Origin: an uncultured Methylomirabilota bacterium | GTDB taxonomy: Bacteria > Methylomirabilota > Methylomirabilia > Methylomirabilales > 2-02-FULL-66-22 | Reading direction: 5' to 3' | NCBI GenBank assembly: GCA_963845565.1 | Contig: CAWJSJ010000004.1 | Location: 129,298-193,297, forward strand | Length of the DNA stretch: 64,000 nt | Part shown: positions 1 to 10,590 of the stretch, piece after piece | Position numbering within the stretch: the first letter of the stretch is position 1 | How the letters are laid out: each line of letters begins with the position of its first letter | Notes under the pieces: generated by a model | The model's database searches: none | Told to the model about the DNA's origin: nothing | Seen by the model: only the letters and a program-made list of their open reading frames with translations | Program-made: the position numbers and the translations under genes

Positions 1-72
1 CTTCCGATGTTTCGCGTTGACTTTCCCCGTCCCCTTGGCTAGCGTACCCCCTGTGCCCGCGTCGAGGTACCG

Positions 73-780
73 ATGCCATCTTCCGGTAAGCTTTCCCAGA
101 TCGCGTCCCGTCTCCGTCGGACCTACGGACCTAGCCAGCCACCGCGCCGCTGGGACAACCCGCTGGATGCCTTGATTCATACGCTGTTGTCGCAGGGCGC
201 CACCGCCACGAACTGCGAGCGGGCGTATGCGAATCTGCGCCGCCGTTTCAGAACCTGGGAGGCCGTCCGGGGAGCACCCCTCAAGGACGTGGTTGCGGTC
301 ATCCGCGCGGGTGGGCTGGCGAGCATCAAGGCGGTGCACATCAAGGGGTTGCTGGAGGAGATCTGGCGGGAGCAGGGCCACTTCGACCTCAGCTTTCTCC
401 GGGACGTGTCGGACGACGAGGTCCGCGCCTACCTGGGTCGGTTCAGGGGTGTCGGCCGCATGATGACCGCCTGCGTCCTGCTGTTCGGGTTGGGCCGCGC
501 GGCGTTTCCAGTAGACACCCACGTCCTCCGCGTCTGTCGGCGACTGGGTCTTCTCAACGGACGACGGGCGCCGGAGAACGCGGAGGCATTCCTGGCGCCG
601 CCTCTCCGGCCCCGCGACTGTCAGGCGCTCCACGGGCATCTGGTGGAGCACGGCCGCGCCGTGTGCACGGCCCACCATCCCGGCTGCGATCGGTGTGCAC
701 TGGCGGAACTGTGCGATTTCTCCCGGCGGTTGCCAGGGCCGCCGAGGACCGCTCGGCGGGCTCGTCCCCCGGCCGGATGA
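73..780 (+). CDS. nth: Endonuclease III family DNA glycosylase/AP lyase (HhH-GPD, 4Fe-4S)
   Basis: 235-aa ORF; HhH-GPD region (FPVDTHVLRVCRRLGLL) and C-terminal C-x6-C-x2-C-x5-C cluster (CTAHHPGCDRCALAELC). Confidence 0.85.
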   Translation: MPSSGKLSQIASRLRRTYGPSQPPRRWDNPLDALIHTLLSQGATATNCERAYANLRRRFRTWEAVRGAPLKDVVAVIRAGGLASIKAVHIKGLLEEIWREQGHFDLSFLRDVSDDEVRAYLGRFRGVGRMMTACVLLFGLGRAAFPVDTHVLRVCRRLGLLNGRRAPENAEAFLAPPLRPRDCQALHGHLVEHGRAVCTAHHPGCDRCALAELCDFSRRLPGPPRTARRARPPAG

Positions 781-877
781 CGGCTCTGGGAGCGGGCTAT
801 GCGCGACGCCTTGCGCCGCGGTGCCGTGTCGTTTCTGTTGACAGGGGGTCCGGAATCTGGTAGGAAAAGCGTCACTT

Positions 878-951
878 GCGGGTATCGTCCAATGGTAGGG
901 CACAGGCTTCCCAAGCCTGGGATGCGGGTTCGATCCCCGCTACCCGCTCCA
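878..951 (+). tRNA. tRNA-Gly(CCC): tRNA-Gly (anticodon CCC), CCA encoded
   Basis: Cloverleaf readable by eye: acceptor GCGGGTA/TACCCGC, anticodon stem CAGGC/GCCTG with loop TTCCCAA, T-arm GCGGG-TTCGATC-CCCGC, discriminator T then CCA. Confidence 0.9.
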
Positions 952-1025
952 ATCGGTACCGGAAAGGGGCTTCGGGTGTCGCCGAAGCCTCTTGCTGTTT
1001 ATAGACCCCGCCCGATCGTCCGCGT

Positions 1026-1670
1026 GTGTCGAGACATCTCCCGGAACCTCCTGGGCGCGAGCCCGTCGTGGAGGTGGGCGTGACCTTCCGAGAAACCGTC
1101 ATGCGCATTCTGGAGGCCCGGCGTCCCCGGCAGGAAACGCCGCCGGGGTATCGCCGGGCGGCGGTCCTCCTCCCGCTGTATGAGACGGCGGCAGGCCCAT
1201 GCCTCGTGTTGACGAAGCGGACCGACCGGGTCCCGACCCATAAAGGGCAGATCAGCTTTCCCGGCGGCGGGTTCCACGAGACCGACGGCGATTTGCTGAC
1301 AACCGCGCTCCGTGAGTCGGCGGAAGAGATCGGCCTGCGGGCACACGATGTGGCGGTGGCGGGTGTCCTGGACGATGCGGCAACGGCGGCCTCGGCCCAT
1401 GTCGTGCGGCCGTTCGTCGGGTTTATCCCGCATCCCTATCCGTTTCGCCTCGACACGTTCGAGATCGAGACCCTGATCCACCTGCCGCTCGGCCCCCTGC
1501 TTGCCGAGAACTGTTTTCGGGAGGAGATCTGGGACCAGGGCGGTCACCCTCATCCGGTCTTTTTTTACGACCACGCCGGCCAGATGATTTGGGGATTGAC
1601 GGCGAGGATCTTGAAGCAATTCGTGGAGGTCATCCGTCCGTCGCTCCAACACGGCGGCCAGGCAGGGTAA
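1026..1670 (+). CDS. NUDIX hydrolase (CoA pyrophosphatase-like)
   Basis: Nudix box GGGFHETDGDLLTTALRESAEEIGL; start uncertain (GTG 1026 or ATG 1101, MRILEARRP). Confidence 0.85.
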   Translation: MSRHLPEPPGREPVVEVGVTFRETVMRILEARRPRQETPPGYRRAAVLLPLYETAAGPCLVLTKRTDRVPTHKGQISFPGGGFHETDGDLLTTALRESAEEIGLRAHDVAVAGVLDDAATAASAHVVRPFVGFIPHPYPFRLDTFEIETLIHLPLGPLLAENCFREEIWDQGGHPHPVFFYDHAGQMIWGLTARILKQFVEVIRPSLQHGGQAG

Positions 1671-1750
1671 GCGGCTCGAGCATCGCGCCCCACTGGCGGT
1701 CTTTCTCTTCGCGATGCGCCCTTAGCAGGCTGCGGAAAAACGCGCTTTCG

Positions 1751-1901
1751 CTCAGGCTGCTCAAAAAGGCCCAGGTGCAAGGCGGCGCGCCGGGTACCCA
1801 TCCGGAGGATGGGTGCTGGTGCGAGGCGTACTCACGCGTACGTCGCAGCGCCGCGCGAGCGTGCCAACGTGGCAGATGGGCCTTTTTCGGCAGCCTGTTA
1901 G
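1751..1901. repeat. ~150-bp palindromic, hairpin-rich dispersed element, copy 1
   Basis: Termini GGCTGCTCAAAAAGGCCCA / TGGGCCTTTTTCGGCAGCC are inverted repeats; internal hairpins CCCATCC-GGA-GGATGGG and GGCGTAC..GTACGTC; second copy at 41801-41950. Confidence 0.8.
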
Positions 1902-2524
1902 GCGTGTGCCCGGTGTCGGGCCTGGCCCCGCAGGAAGATTCCCAGCGGACGCCGCTCGACCAGAGCCAACCCGGCCGCCTCGTTCCGATACTCCCACCGA
2001 TCCAGGGCCAGCGGCCGCAAGTCGACCTGAAACCCGGCGCCGATCTCCGAGGCGGCCTGTGTGACGATAGCGGCAGCCTCGTTTTCGGAGTAGTTCCCGC
2101 AGATGGCGAAACGGATGATCCGGGACCCTTCGTCCACCATGATGGTGGGCAGGCCGGTCGCTCCGTCATCCGGGTGACAGATGAAGCCGCCCGGAACGTA
2201 CTCCACCGTGCCGACATTGTCGAAGAGGTGCTCCAGGAGTGCGGGCGGGTCCCACGTCCCTTCCACGGCGTAGGAGACACCGAACCCGAACGCCTCCGCG
2301 TGGGGCGATCGGGGGGGCGCGTCGTTCTTGACGCGATAGAGCCCTCGGCATCTGAGGCACGCCACCGCGGTGCCGTGTGATCCGTCCGCCTCCAGGGCGA
2401 TGCTGAGGCGGGCCCCACAGGTCGGGCAGTCTCCCGCCAGGCAGGTGCAATCATCGTCGGGGCGCACTTCCACAACGCCGGCCAGCAGTGGCGGCGACGC
2501 CGCGTCTCGCGAGGGGCCTTCCAT
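1898..2524 (-). CDS. Hypothetical protein with N-terminal Cys-rich (zinc-ribbon-like) segment
   Basis: ORF with AAGGAAGG RBS before ATG at 2524 (MEGPSRD...); motif CTCLAGDCPTCG...CLRC; stop TAA lies inside the repeat element. Confidence 0.6.
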   Translation of the reverse strand: MEGPSRDAASPPLLAGVVEVRPDDDCTCLAGDCPTCGARLSIALEADGSHGTAVACLRCRGLYRVKNDAPPRSPHAEAFGFGVSYAVEGTWDPPALLEHLFDNVGTVEYVPGGFICHPDDGATGLPTIMVDEGSRIIRFAICGNYSENEAAAIVTQAASEIGAGFQVDLRPLALDRWEYRNEAAGLALVERRPLGIFLRGQARHRAHA

Positions 2525-3004
2525 CGGTGCCGTTCCTTCCTTGAGCGCCGGGATAGCCGGGAAGATCGGCAGACGCCTGTGGCGCGTCCCCGATTCCTCC
2601 TGCTTGCAGGCTGCGTACCAAGGGCGTGCAAGGGCAAGCCTGTAAAACGCACGAGTTCCGGGGGATTTCACATGTCGCGGCGGGTATGGGCCGTGGCGGG
2701 CCCCACCCGGCACGCTCGGTCACGCGTTCTTCGGAGACGTCAGGCTGGGCGCGATCCTTCCCGGGCAGGATTTGCGCCGCGGTGGAACTTACTGCCGGTC
2801 TTCGCGAGCCGTGTGGACCACCGGCCGGATTTCTACCCGGCTTTTTGCTTGACACCGGAAGGGTGGCAGATTAGCGTCCTGTCCAGCGGCCCACCGAGGA
2901 TCTCCCCGGCTCGCCCGGAATCGCAGTGGTTGCCCTGTGTTTCGAATTCTCGAGCGGCGAGGAAAACTCCCTCGCGCTGAGTCACGGCCTCGCAATCTTC
3001 GACC

Positions 3005-4234
3005 ATGCCGGAATTCCCCACAATCCTCCCGCGAACAGAGGCGGGTCCGCCCGCCGGACCCGCCGATCTGGCGTTCGTGACCTCCACCCCCCTCACGGTT
3101 GCGGGGGGGAGCGGAACCTACGTGGGCATTCGTGAGTTGGCGCGATGCCTGGCGGACCGGCAGGTTCGCATCGCGACCTACGCGCCCGGTTTTTGGGCAC
3201 CCAGCTTTACCCTGAAGCGCCTGCTGTTCAACCTCCAGGTGGCGCCGCGCCTCCGGGCCGGACGGCACGACTGGGTGGTCGGTTTCGACTTGGACGGGTT
3301 TCACTACGGGCGCCGGCCCACCGCGCCCTACGTTGCCAGCATCAAGGGCGTGATTGCCGACGAACTCCGGAACGAACGGGGCCTCGTCCGCCGGATGCTG
3401 GCGATCCAAGCGGCGTTCGAGCGACTGGCCGTGCACCGTGCCGATGTGGTGGTCGCCACCAGCGCTTACTCTCGGGGTCGGATCGCGGAGGCCTATGGGG
3501 TTCCCATTGCCAAGGTGGTGGTGGTTCCGGAATTGATCGACCTCCGCGCCTGGGAGGCCACCGGGGAACCGGGGAGCGCGATGGAGGAGGATCCTCCGGC
3601 GGTCCTGACCGTGGCCCATCTGTACCCTCGGAAAAACGTCGGCGTCCTGCTCCGGGGCTACGCCCGGCTGCGCTCGGCCGGCGTGTCCTTCCAGGGCTGG
3701 ATCGTGGGGGACGGGCCGTGCCGGCGTGCGTGGGAGCGGCTGCGAGACGATCTTTCCTTGCAGGGCCGTGTCGAGTTCCTGGGAACCATCTCGCGCCGCG
3801 AGTTGGCGGATCGGTACCGCCGGGCCGCCGTCTTCTGTCTGCCGAGCCGGCAGGAGGGGTTCGGCATTGTTTTTCTGGAGGCCATGGCCCACGCGCGGCC
3901 AATCGTGGCGGCCCGGGCCGCTGCGGTCCCCGAGACGGTGACGGACGGCGAGGTCGGTATCCTGGCCGACCCCAACGATCCCGAGGAGTTTTCGCAGGCG
4001 CTGGCGACCCTGCTGGCGGATCGCGACCTGCGACGGCGCATGGGGCAGGCCGGCCGTCGGCGGGTGGAGTGCTATCGTTCCGATCGCGTGACGGCGCGAT
4101 TCCTGGAAACGGTCCGGGTCGCCCTGCGCGACCGGTCCGGGCCGGCGGTCCGACAGGATTCGGGTCCAGAGCGCGCCGGGGACCGCTCACTCGCCGTCGG
4201 CGAGGCCGGCAGGCGGAGGGAGGGTATGCAATGA
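3005..4234 (+). CDS. Glycosyltransferase family 4 (GT-B, group 1)
   Basis: 409 aa; EGFGIVFLEAMAHARPIVA...DGEVGIL (E-x7-E region) typical of GT4; stop overlaps next start (ATGA). Confidence 0.9.
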   Translation: MPEFPTILPRTEAGPPAGPADLAFVTSTPLTVAGGSGTYVGIRELARCLADRQVRIATYAPGFWAPSFTLKRLLFNLQVAPRLRAGRHDWVVGFDLDGFHYGRRPTAPYVASIKGVIADELRNERGLVRRMLAIQAAFERLAVHRADVVVATSAYSRGRIAEAYGVPIAKVVVVPELIDLRAWEATGEPGSAMEEDPPAVLTVAHLYPRKNVGVLLRGYARLRSAGVSFQGWIVGDGPCRRAWERLRDDLSLQGRVEFLGTISRRELADRYRRAAVFCLPSRQEGFGIVFLEAMAHARPIVAARAAAVPETVTDGEVGILADPNDPEEFSQALATLLADRDLRRRMGQAGRRRVECYRSDRVTARFLETVRVALRDRSGPAVRQDSGPERAGDRSLAVGEAGRRREGMQ

Positions 4235-4644
4235 TCCGCGTGACGAAGCGGGTGGAGTTCTGCGCCGCCCATCGCTACGTGAACCGGGCGTGGGACGACG
4301 CAGAGAACCGGCGGCGGTTCGGGAAGGCCGCGAACCTGCACGGCCATAACTACGTTCTGGAGGTCACGATCCAGGGGACGCCGTCCCCGGACACCGGCAT
4401 GGTGATGGACCTCAAAGCCCTGAAGGACCTCATCACCGAGGCGGTGCTGGATCGATTGGATCATAAGAATCTGAACGTGGACGTGGTCGCCTTTGCAGAG
4501 ACGCTGCCCACGCCGGAAAACCTGGCCGTCGTGATCTGGGACTGGCTCGCGGTTCGACTCGCGGACGCCGGCCTGTACCGTGTGCGCCTGCGGGAGGACG
4601 GCGGATCGTGCGTCGACTACTTCGGAGAGACGGGGCAGCCATGA
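4231..4644 (+). CDS. 6-pyruvoyl-tetrahydropterin synthase/QueD family protein (Ala in place of the catalytic Cys)
   Basis: MIRVTKRVEFCAAHRY...GKAANLHGHNYVLEVTIQG...DHKNLN; Zn-His motif present, QueD-like spacing but KAANLHGH instead of KCxxLHGH. Confidence 0.85.
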   Translation: MIRVTKRVEFCAAHRYVNRAWDDAENRRRFGKAANLHGHNYVLEVTIQGTPSPDTGMVMDLKALKDLITEAVLDRLDHKNLNVDVVAFAETLPTPENLAVVIWDWLAVRLADAGLYRVRLREDGGSCVDYFGETGQP

Positions 4645-5099
4645 GCGGCCCCGGGGCGATCGCCCGCGCGTCGCGGGTTCCGGTCGTGGAGGTGACCCAG
4701 GACTTTCGCTTCGCCGCGGCCCATCGGATGCACAACCCGCGCTTCTCGGCGGAGGAGAATCGGCGGCTCTACGGGCGATGCAATCACCCCAGCGGGCACG
4801 GCCACACCTACCGCCTGGCGGTGACCATCCGCGGGGCCATCTCACCGGAGACTGGCCGCCTCGACGACGGGGAGCGGCTGGCCGCCTTGGTGCAGGCGCG
4901 GGTGTTGGATCGCGTCGATCAGGCGGATCTCGACGGTCTGATCACACCGGCCGATGGGGTGACCAGCACCACGGAAGTCCTGGCCGGCGTGCTATGGCGG
5001 ATCCTGGAGGCGGCATTGCCGCCGGGGCGGCTGGTCCGGTTGCGCCTGGAGGAGACGCCGAACAATTTCTTTGAGCTGGATCGCGGCGACCGGCGATGA
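4641..5099 (+). CDS. 6-pyruvoyl-tetrahydropterin synthase (PTPS-I-like, catalytic Cys present)
   Basis: [10 protein letters not shown]...[13 protein letters not shown] matches the eukaryote-type GKCNNPNGHGHNY motif; ATGA overlap with upstream gene. Confidence 0.85.
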   Translation: MSGPGAIARASRVPVVEVTQDFRFAAAHRMHNPRFSAEENRRLYGRCNHPSGHGHTYRLAVTIRGAISPETGRLDDGERLAALVQARVLDRVDQADLDGLITPADGVTSTTEVLAGVLWRILEAALPPGRLVRLRLEETPNNFFELDRGDRR

Positions 5100-5157
5100 C
5101 CGACACCGCGGTCGATCGGAGGACTCCGACCCTCGGGGTCCGGAAAGCGAGCGGGAA

Positions 5158-5715
5158 ATGATCGAACCGTTGATTGTGGACCTGCTGAAGGAGTTGGGAG
5201 AGGACCCGCATCGCGAAGGCCTGCGCAGGACGCCGGAGCGCGTGGCGAGTGCCATGCACTACTTCACCTCCGGATATCACAAGACCGTGGAGGAGGTGCT
5301 GAACGAGGCGATCTTCACCGAACACTACGACGAAATGGTGGTGGTGAAGGATATCGAGATGTATTCGCTCTGCGAACACCACCTGCTACCCTTTTACGGG
5401 AAGGCGCACATCGCGTACCTCCCGGCCGGGAAGATCGTCGGTCTCAGCAAGCTGGCACGTCTGGTGGACATGTTTGCGCGTCGGCTCCAGGTCCAGGAGC
5501 GGCTCACCACGCAGATCGCTCAGGCCCTGCAGGACACCCTGCAACCGGCGGGGGTGGCGGTGGTCATCGAGGCCGTCCATTTCTGCATGATGATGCGCGG
5601 AGTGGAGAAACAGAACAGCAAGGCCATCACCTCCTGCATGCTGGGCGCCTTCCGGGATTCGCGCATGACCCGCGAGGAGTTCCTCCAGTTGATCCACAGC
5701 CACCGCACGCTGTGA
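5158..5715 (+). CDS. folE: GTP cyclohydrolase I
   Basis: [16 protein letters not shown]...[10 protein letters not shown]...[10 protein letters not shown]...HFCMMMRGV; ORF opens at TTG 5071 but ATG 5158 gives the usual ~185-aa length. Confidence 0.9.
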   Translation: MIEPLIVDLLKELGEDPHREGLRRTPERVASAMHYFTSGYHKTVEEVLNEAIFTEHYDEMVVVKDIEMYSLCEHHLLPFYGKAHIAYLPAGKIVGLSKLARLVDMFARRLQVQERLTTQIAQALQDTLQPAGVAVVIEAVHFCMMMRGVEKQNSKAITSCMLGAFRDSRMTREEFLQLIHSHRTL

Positions 5716-5891
5716 CACAATGACCAACAACCTACCCCGGACTCTTCACGAAGGATTCGTGAAGCGTCCGGGCCGGGCCAACCGCGCGGCACGTCGTGCC
5801 CGCCGCTCCGCCATCTCGGGGGCACGGCGGCGGGCACGGACCGACCCCTGGCTACGGCGAGGAGCGTCCGCGGGCGCGGAGTTTCAGCCGC

Positions 5892-8271
<2,380 letters not shown>

Positions 8272-8451
8272 TCCGCATTATTCACGATCACGATCGCGGT
8301 TTCTGCGAGTTCACTGGCCAACGGTGGTACGTGCGTTCAGCGCGCCGTCAGCGCCGCGAGCAGTCGGCCTTTTCTGCGTTGGTCAGTCCCGGGAGTGTTC
8401 GCGAAGGTGTTCGTGAATGATCTCGGCAACAGGTGGGCTCGGGGGCGGGAG

Positions 8452-8613
8452 ATGTGCGCCAACGGTGAGGAACGGCTGGAGGCCATTCGCCGGGAGCTGC
8501 AGGCCATTCTCGAGGGCGGGAAACGCATTACCGAGCGAGATCTCCTGCGTTTGTCGGCACAGACGGGTATCGACTATTCCACCGTGGTGCGGATCCAGCA
8601 GGAGCTCTCCTAG
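8452..8613 (+). CDS. Small hypothetical protein (possible HTH)
   Basis: 53 codons after a GGGAG RBS; high GC3; no family recognised. Confidence 0.3.
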   Translation: MCANGEERLEAIRRELQAILEGGKRITERDLLRLSAQTGIDYSTVVRIQQELS

Positions 8614-8711
8614 CGCGGGGGATCCCCCGCAGTGACGGGTCCCTGCGGTGGCCTTCTGCGGCGGGGCCCGGAGGGCCGCGGATCAGCGTCGGGTTTGGAG
8701 GGAGACAGCGG

Positions 8712-9344
8712 GTGGAGATCACAACGTTCGTGATTGGGCCGTTGCAGAGCAATTGCTACCTGCTGGCGGACGAGGCCTCGGGTCAGGCCGCCGTGATCGA
8801 CCCGGGCATGGAAAGCGGCGAGGTGCTCGAGGCGGTGCGGCGCCGGCGGCTTCACCTCGGGTCGGTGATCATCACCCATGGCCACTTCGATCATGTCTTT
8901 TCGAGCGCGCTCTTCAAGGCGGAAACGGGCGCTGGGATCGTCATGCACCCCGACGATCTCCCGCTGTTGGCGGAGGTGCCGGAGACCGCCCGCTTCTTCG
9001 GCGTGAAGGCCGCGACGCCACCGCAACCCGATCGGTTGGTGCGCGAGGGGGACACCATCGCGGTGGGCGGATTGTCTGTGCGCGTCCTGGAAACCCCCGG
9101 GCATACCCCCGGGAGCATCTCGCTCTGGCTGGACGACGCGGTCTTCGTGGGGGACGCACTCTTCGCGGGCTCGGTGGGCCGCACCGATCTGCGGGGAGGG
9201 TCGCTGGACGCCCTGCTGCGTTCGATCCATGGCAAACTGCTCACGCTGCCAGAACGGACGGTGGTGTACGCGGGCCACGGTCCGGCCACCAGCATCGGAG
9301 TCGAGCGGCGGGACAATCCGTTCTTGCAGGCCGGAGGCCGCTGA
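8712..9344 (+). CDS. MBL-fold metallo-hydrolase (glyoxalase II-like)
   Basis: ITHGHFDHV motif, TPGHTPGS, GRTD. Confidence 0.85.
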   Translation: MEITTFVIGPLQSNCYLLADEASGQAAVIDPGMESGEVLEAVRRRRLHLGSVIITHGHFDHVFSSALFKAETGAGIVMHPDDLPLLAEVPETARFFGVKAATPPQPDRLVREGDTIAVGGLSVRVLETPGHTPGSISLWLDDAVFVGDALFAGSVGRTDLRGGSLDALLRSIHGKLLTLPERTVVYAGHGPATSIGVERRDNPFLQAGGR

Positions 9345-9346
9345 AC

Positions 9347-9853
9347 ATGGGCGCTCCGGATCATCGCGTCGCAGCGCAGGCGGTGAAGACCGTCTCCTAC
9401 GCGATCCTGACGGTGAGTGACAGCCGAACGGAGGCGACGGACGATTCGGGCCGGCTGATTCGGGCCCTCTTCACGGAGGCGGGGCACCGCTTGACGGATT
9501 ACGAACTGGTGCGGAACTCCCCGGCGCACATCCGGGCGGCGGTCCGCCGATTCCTGCAGGGGGCGGCCCAATGTTTGGTCACGACCGGGGGTACGGGGGC
9601 CGGGCGGCGAGACATCACCGTGGAGACGCTCACGCCGCTCCTTGACAAGCTCCTCCCCGGGTTCGGCGAGTTGTTTCGCTGGCGCAGCGTTCAGGAGATC
9701 GGCACCGCCGCCATGTTGAGCCGGGCGCTATGCGGAGTGAGTCGGGGAAAAGTGATCTGCTGTCTTCCGGGGTCCGAGGCTGCGGTGCGCCTGGGGATCG
9801 GAACACTGTTGCTCCCGGAGCTTCCGCATCTAATTTGGGTTGCGAGCCGATGA
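9347..9853 (+). CDS. moaB: MoaB/MogA family molybdenum cofactor biosynthesis protein
   Basis: ILTVSDSRTEATDDSG...VTTGGTGAGRRDITVE; ATG 9347 sits 3 nt after the upstream stop. Confidence 0.8.
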   Translation: MGAPDHRVAAQAVKTVSYAILTVSDSRTEATDDSGRLIRALFTEAGHRLTDYELVRNSPAHIRAAVRRFLQGAAQCLVTTGGTGAGRRDITVETLTPLLDKLLPGFGELFRWRSVQEIGTAAMLSRALCGVSRGKVICCLPGSEAAVRLGIGTLLLPELPHLIWVASR

Positions 9854-9888
9854 GGGCCGGCCCGCTCTGACACGGAAGGAGGCTGGGC

Positions 9889-10086
9889 ATGCCGGAGCAG
9901 GAGCGAAAGCAAAAGCGGACCGATGCCGCGCCGCCGTCTGGAGGCGGCCAGGGGTCGGCCACCGCCGCGACCAAGGGCAAAAAGCTCAAAGAGGACATGG
10001 ATCGGTTGGTCGATGAGATCGACGACGTGTTGGAGGAGAATGCCGAGGAGTTCGTGAAGAGTTACGTCCAGCGCGGTGGGGAATAA
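9889..10086 (+). CDS. pup: Prokaryotic ubiquitin-like protein Pup (C-terminal GGE)
   Basis: 65 aa, disordered Gly/Lys-rich N-terminus, DRLVDEIDDVLEENAEEFVKSYVQRGGE C-terminus; GGAGG RBS. Confidence 0.9.
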   Translation: MPEQERKQKRTDAAPPSGGGQGSATAATKGKKLKEDMDRLVDEIDDVLEENAEEFVKSYVQRGGE

Positions 10087-10123
10087 CGCCGGCCGACCCG
10101 ATCGATTGCCATGAGGAGCGTCC

Positions 10124-10324
10124 ATGCCGATCTACGAATTTGTTTGTGAGCAGTGTGCACACGCCTTCGAGAAGCGCGTCGCCTCCAGTCGGACGCGGGT
10201 CCGGTGCCCGCAGTGCGAGAGTGGGCGGGTGACCCGCCAGTTCTCCACCTTCGCCTTCAAGGGCGAACGCGGTTTTGTGGGATCGCACCGCGGAGGCTGT
10301 GCGGGCTGTTCCAGCGGCGGGTGA
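10124..10324 (+). CDS. FmdB-family zinc-ribbon protein
   Basis: MPIYEFVCEQC...RCPQCES...; Gly/Cys-rich tail GGCAGCSSGG. Confidence 0.8.
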   Translation: MPIYEFVCEQCAHAFEKRVASSRTRVRCPQCESGRVTRQFSTFAFKGERGFVGSHRGGCAGCSSGG

Positions 10325-10463
10325 GGGACGTGCAGCCACTGATCCCCCGCGGGCCGGGGGAACCTGCAAGTCGAGTTCGGCGATCATGGCTGGGGATACC
10401 CCCCAGCCATTCGCGTCTTGGGTCGCGAGGCCTGCGCGGGCCGCGAACCCGGCCCGAAAGGGC

Positions 10464-10491
10464 TTGACACCCCTTTGAAGCCGATTAATAT
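10464..10491 (+). promoter_or_regulatory. Near-consensus sigma70-type promoter upstream of mpa
   Basis: TTGACA (10464-10469) - 16 nt - TAATAT (10486-10491), an AT-rich patch in GC-rich DNA ~100 nt before the mpa start. Confidence 0.45.
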
Positions 10492-10590
10492 AAAACTTGG
10501 ACGTCATTCCTGCGTGCGACGTGTTGCCAGGCCCTCCGCGGGCCGGTATCCGGGCGAACGCGGCGGGGGGTGGGTCGGAGGCGAACGATC

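Noticed and set aside
3145-4644. 499-aa plus-strand ORF (similar cases: 8648-9853, 28190-29386, 31060-32781, 20977-22404 tail)
   Set aside because: Only the last part matches a protein family (PTPS-like from 4231). The upstream part is an out-of-frame read-through of the neighbouring gene with Arg/Gly/Pro-rich nonsense.
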